The notes below the pieces were generated by a model. That model saw nothing but the letters and a program-made list of their open reading frames with translations, was not told where the DNA came from and did not search any database. The position numbers and the translations under genes are program-made. Below are positions 60,595 to 64,000 of a stretch of DNA of 64,000 bases, in pieces. Position 1 is the stretch's first letter. Each line of letters starts with the position of its first letter. This DNA is from Mytilus edulis (Eukaryota), in assembly GCF_963676685.1 (NCBI RefSeq), contig NC_092350.1:18662001-18726000 (forward strand), given 5' to 3'.

Positions 60595-61284
60595 CAACAG
60601 ACTGTCGGCATTCCAATGTGTACAAATTGTGCCCTCTTCTTGCCGACTTGTTTCTTTATTATGAGGGTCGGTTGAAAACAAAACTTTACGACAAAAAAGA
60701 TGATTTCAGCTTTTTAATTGTGAACTTTCTAAGTAGCAGCAGCACCTGCATACGGGGTATATATCTCCTAATTGATACGATATTCCCGTGCTTGCATTAC
60801 CTATTGTGATTTTCTTGATAGAGGGTTGCTGCTCACAAGGAAGCTATTTAACCAAAAGTTCCAAATGGTGAAGTTGAAATAATTCCTTCGTAAATTTTAC
60901 GGACGCCATCACGAGTTGGTTGACCGTTATAGAATAACCGTTTCACAAACGATATCGGATACGTTCCTTTCGTTGTAACTACAATCCCCTTCCCTTTCAT
61001 GAATGTAACCTCCCGAATTATACTATTTACCGGATTTGTTATCACATAAGCAACACGACGGGTGCCACATGTGAAGCAGGATCTGCTTACCCTTCCGGAG
61101 CACCTGAGATCACCCCTAGTTTATTTATGGGGTTCGTGTTGCTTATTCTTTAGTTTTCTATGTTGTGTCATGTGTACTATTGTTTGTCTGTTTGTCTTTT
61201 TTTTCATTTTTAGCCATGGCGTTGTCAGTTTATTTTCGATTTATAAGTTTGACTGTCCCTATGGTATAGTTCGTCCCTCTTTTT
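60595..61284 (+). mobile_element. Naiad-like PLE family B, internally deleted copy
   Basis: QQTVGIPM.TNCA.LLADLFLY is joined directly to GRLKTKLYDK (the YIDD region is deleted); the 3' UTR is near-identical to 45500-45807. Confidence 0.8.
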
Positions 61285-62269
61285 TCAGTAGTGAAGTATA
61301 CAACTGCACCATGTGGACTGAAAAGACGAACCAATTCAAATCTTAGGCTATTGTACTACTTAAAGAAGTAATTGCATACACAGATTTGGGATTTCCTTTA
61401 CATGAGGGACCAATCAGAAGATCCAATTTGGGTTTCCTTTTTTTATTTCATTCAATCAAAATTGGGAAAAATTTGTTGTATGTGAACAAAAATATATTGA
61501 GGTATTAATGGTAAAGATAGGTGCGGACAAGGCTCTAATTCAAGGAATTTCATTTATCTCTTGAAATGTGCCTACAAGTCTTGCCTTTCATTATGACAAT
61601 AAATGGGGAATTAAGTGGAAAACGGTATACTAATTAAGGACCAGCTACTGATACTACAAATTTCATTACCTAATCCTCGAGATGATTTAAGATTTTGTTT
61701 TTAGCAGTCAGGTTTTTTTTTAAAGTTTGGAATGTTTTATAATATCTTTCCACTGTTCTGAATTATCTACACTAAGTCCTATAAATTCTTACATTATTTC
61801 AGCATTGTCTCTTATTTGCTTTGCATTCGAAAAGTTGAGACCTGTAAGTTCGACGTCTTTTGAGAAAACATGCTGTTGTTGTTGCCCCTAATCATTAAAT
61901 GACCATCGATAGTTGTCTCATTGGCAATCATTACATATCATATCTTTGGGGTGTTTTTTTTTTATCAAATTAACTTTTGTTGTCTTTTTGGTTGAGAGAA
62001 AAGATTAGTACATGGCTTGTTCTTGAAAAAAACTGAAAAATTGGATTCAAAAGGGTGTATATGTCGTCGGCAATAAGTGAAATTAGTCATTCGCATAGAG
62101 AGTAAGTCTATCGTCTAAGTAGTGTTAGAAATTAGTCTAAAATCATGAATAATGTGTGCAGGCATTAAGCTTAATGCCTAAAATATAAATACTAGTATGA
62201 GTAAATAAAAATAAATTTATTACATAATAATTATGAAAGCTGAAATTTAAAATATCATCCAACGGAAAT

Positions 62270-63026
62270 AAAATATCTCCATTTGATCTCTCAATTCTAC
62301 CCTGTGATTGGTGATGTTTCAGCTTCCCATGAATGGTAACACGTTCTGGCCACAATAATTATAACTCGGATAAGACCTAAGCTGTGAAACCCCGACCATT
62401 GTTAATTTGCAGTATATGGGGCGCATGAAATATTGTGAACATACCAATTAGACTACAAGCCACCTTTGAGTCACATTTTGTCGTAAGAACTTTCATTTTA
62501 CAAAATTTTGAAGATGATCTTGGAACACCATAAGAAGTTGGTAGTTTCCATCTAGGTTTGATTAAAAATCCATCAAACAAATTTGTCCTTTACTGTTAAA
62601 GTCGTTAGATAAAATAGACCACACTACTACCCCCTTCCCTATATATTTTTTTTCGTATTACAGTTTTCACAAAGTAAAAGAAATAGTTCATTAGCGTCAT
62701 GGGAAATATTAGCATATCCATTATTCAGTGTTTAAGCGTGCGGTTTCTTTATGTTCCTTTATCATACAGTTTCTCTGGGCAGACATAGATTTTTAAATTT
62801 TCCTCATCATTTTCGTTGACTTAAGTTATCAACCTCTCAAAACCTCCAATGGTAAAAAATGTCATATTTTTTTTAATTGTTGTAATCGTTTGTTGCATTC
62901 TTTTCTGATGATTCCAAAAGTTTAATCTTTGCCAAAAGATCATGGTACATTTCTCTAGGGTATATGTTCCTTTTATTCCCTGAATTTAGACTGAAAAGAT
63001 TTATGAAATTTGTTCTCAATAGACAT
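62270..63026 (-). mobile_element. Decayed integrase-type transposase (Ginger/KRBA2-SCAND3-like)
   Basis: FTIFHAPHILQINNGRGF and WP...HGK.KH.QSQGRIERSN resemble the rve core; an upstream zinc-finger remnant (YANI...LFL..CENC); many stops. Confidence 0.7.
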
Positions 63027-64000
63027 GTACCCATTTAATGCTATAAATCCAGATAAAGAAGTAAATAAGACATTATGGATTAGGGGAATGTAACAAATTT
63101 TTAACAAGAAAATATATTTATCCAATACAAAAATTGGAAAAATGGTGTGAGCAAAAAATTAGATTTTAAGTTTGTCTACTTTTGACCAGTTCAAACCAGC
63201 TCGACTAATGAAGTGTAAAAAAAAATAATATTATAATTATTATATAGAATTTCGTAAAACCACAAAATGTATGAGTTCATTATGTTTGAATACGAAAAAT
63301 ACTAAAATTTGAAGATCTATCAAATGAATCTATATAAATATTAGGTTTACAATTAAGAAAATACTCAATATTAAGAATAAATCACCGAATATGTATAAAT
63401 TCCAGAGTTCACTTATTTCCTTAAATCATGTTCGGCAATAAGTTGAATAATCATCATCAGATTTCAGGAAATAAGGTTAATGTCTGAAATTTTCAGCTAA
63501 TAACTTAATGCCTAGGCGTTAGCTTACTGCTTAGGATTTAAGCTTAATTCATAATTTCACTTATTGCTAACATATATAATCAAAGAGCAGATTGCTCTGA
63601 GGGATACGATTGCCATTGTTTTCATTGATACATGTATTAGTATTATTTTCAAAAATAATTCAACTGCACGTGTAAAATGCTCGTAAAATGTTATTTACGT
63701 AATCTGAATAGTTATTCAACTTTAACAGCAGTCACTGAGAGTGAGAAAAGGTGTTTCACTTCGTACCTTATCACCTATTTTCTTACGTGGTGGAACCCCA
63801 TTCCTAACTCTTAGAATATTTAATTTCCTTTGGGTCAGTGGGCATGACTCCTTTCCGTACACATTCCTCTGTTATTAATTGCGATCGGTTTTAATATAAT
63901 ACGACGTCTATCGACAGAACGAGTTAATTTTTCTCGACGTATCGTCGTTGGACGAAAGTTACTTACGGAAGGGAGAAAACTCGAAGCGATAATAAGGAAG

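Overview
AT-rich eukaryotic (animal) genomic DNA. The gene content (C1q-domain gene, orphan GPCR array) and the repeat families suggest a bivalve mollusc, probably Mytilus (inference). Genes: a small heat-shock protein; a 12-exon divergent PACSIN-like F-BAR/SH3 gene reconstructed by hand (7022-18410); an ANKRD49 orthologue with a young LINE inserted just upstream of its ATG; a secreted C1qDC gene plus two C1qDC fragments; and four tandem intronless class-A GPCRs, one frameshifted. The rest is dense, nested mobile DNA: Penelope-like elements, pearl/Helentron-type non-autonomous elements, a MULE, MITEs, a Ginger-like integrase relic and four satellites. Main result: the 3' UTRs of the Naiad-like Penelope retroelements carry structured RNAs. 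One copy (8840-9636) has a textbook type-II SECIS about 60 nt after the ORF stop, followed by a circularly permuted (P5-type) twister-ribozyme-like motif. Diverged twister-like cores with covarying stems recur about 9 more times in sister tail families, and one copy sits next to a degenerate hammerhead. A second Naiad-like family has a different, unassigned multibranch RNA at the analogous position. All folds and splice models were made by eye and are untested.
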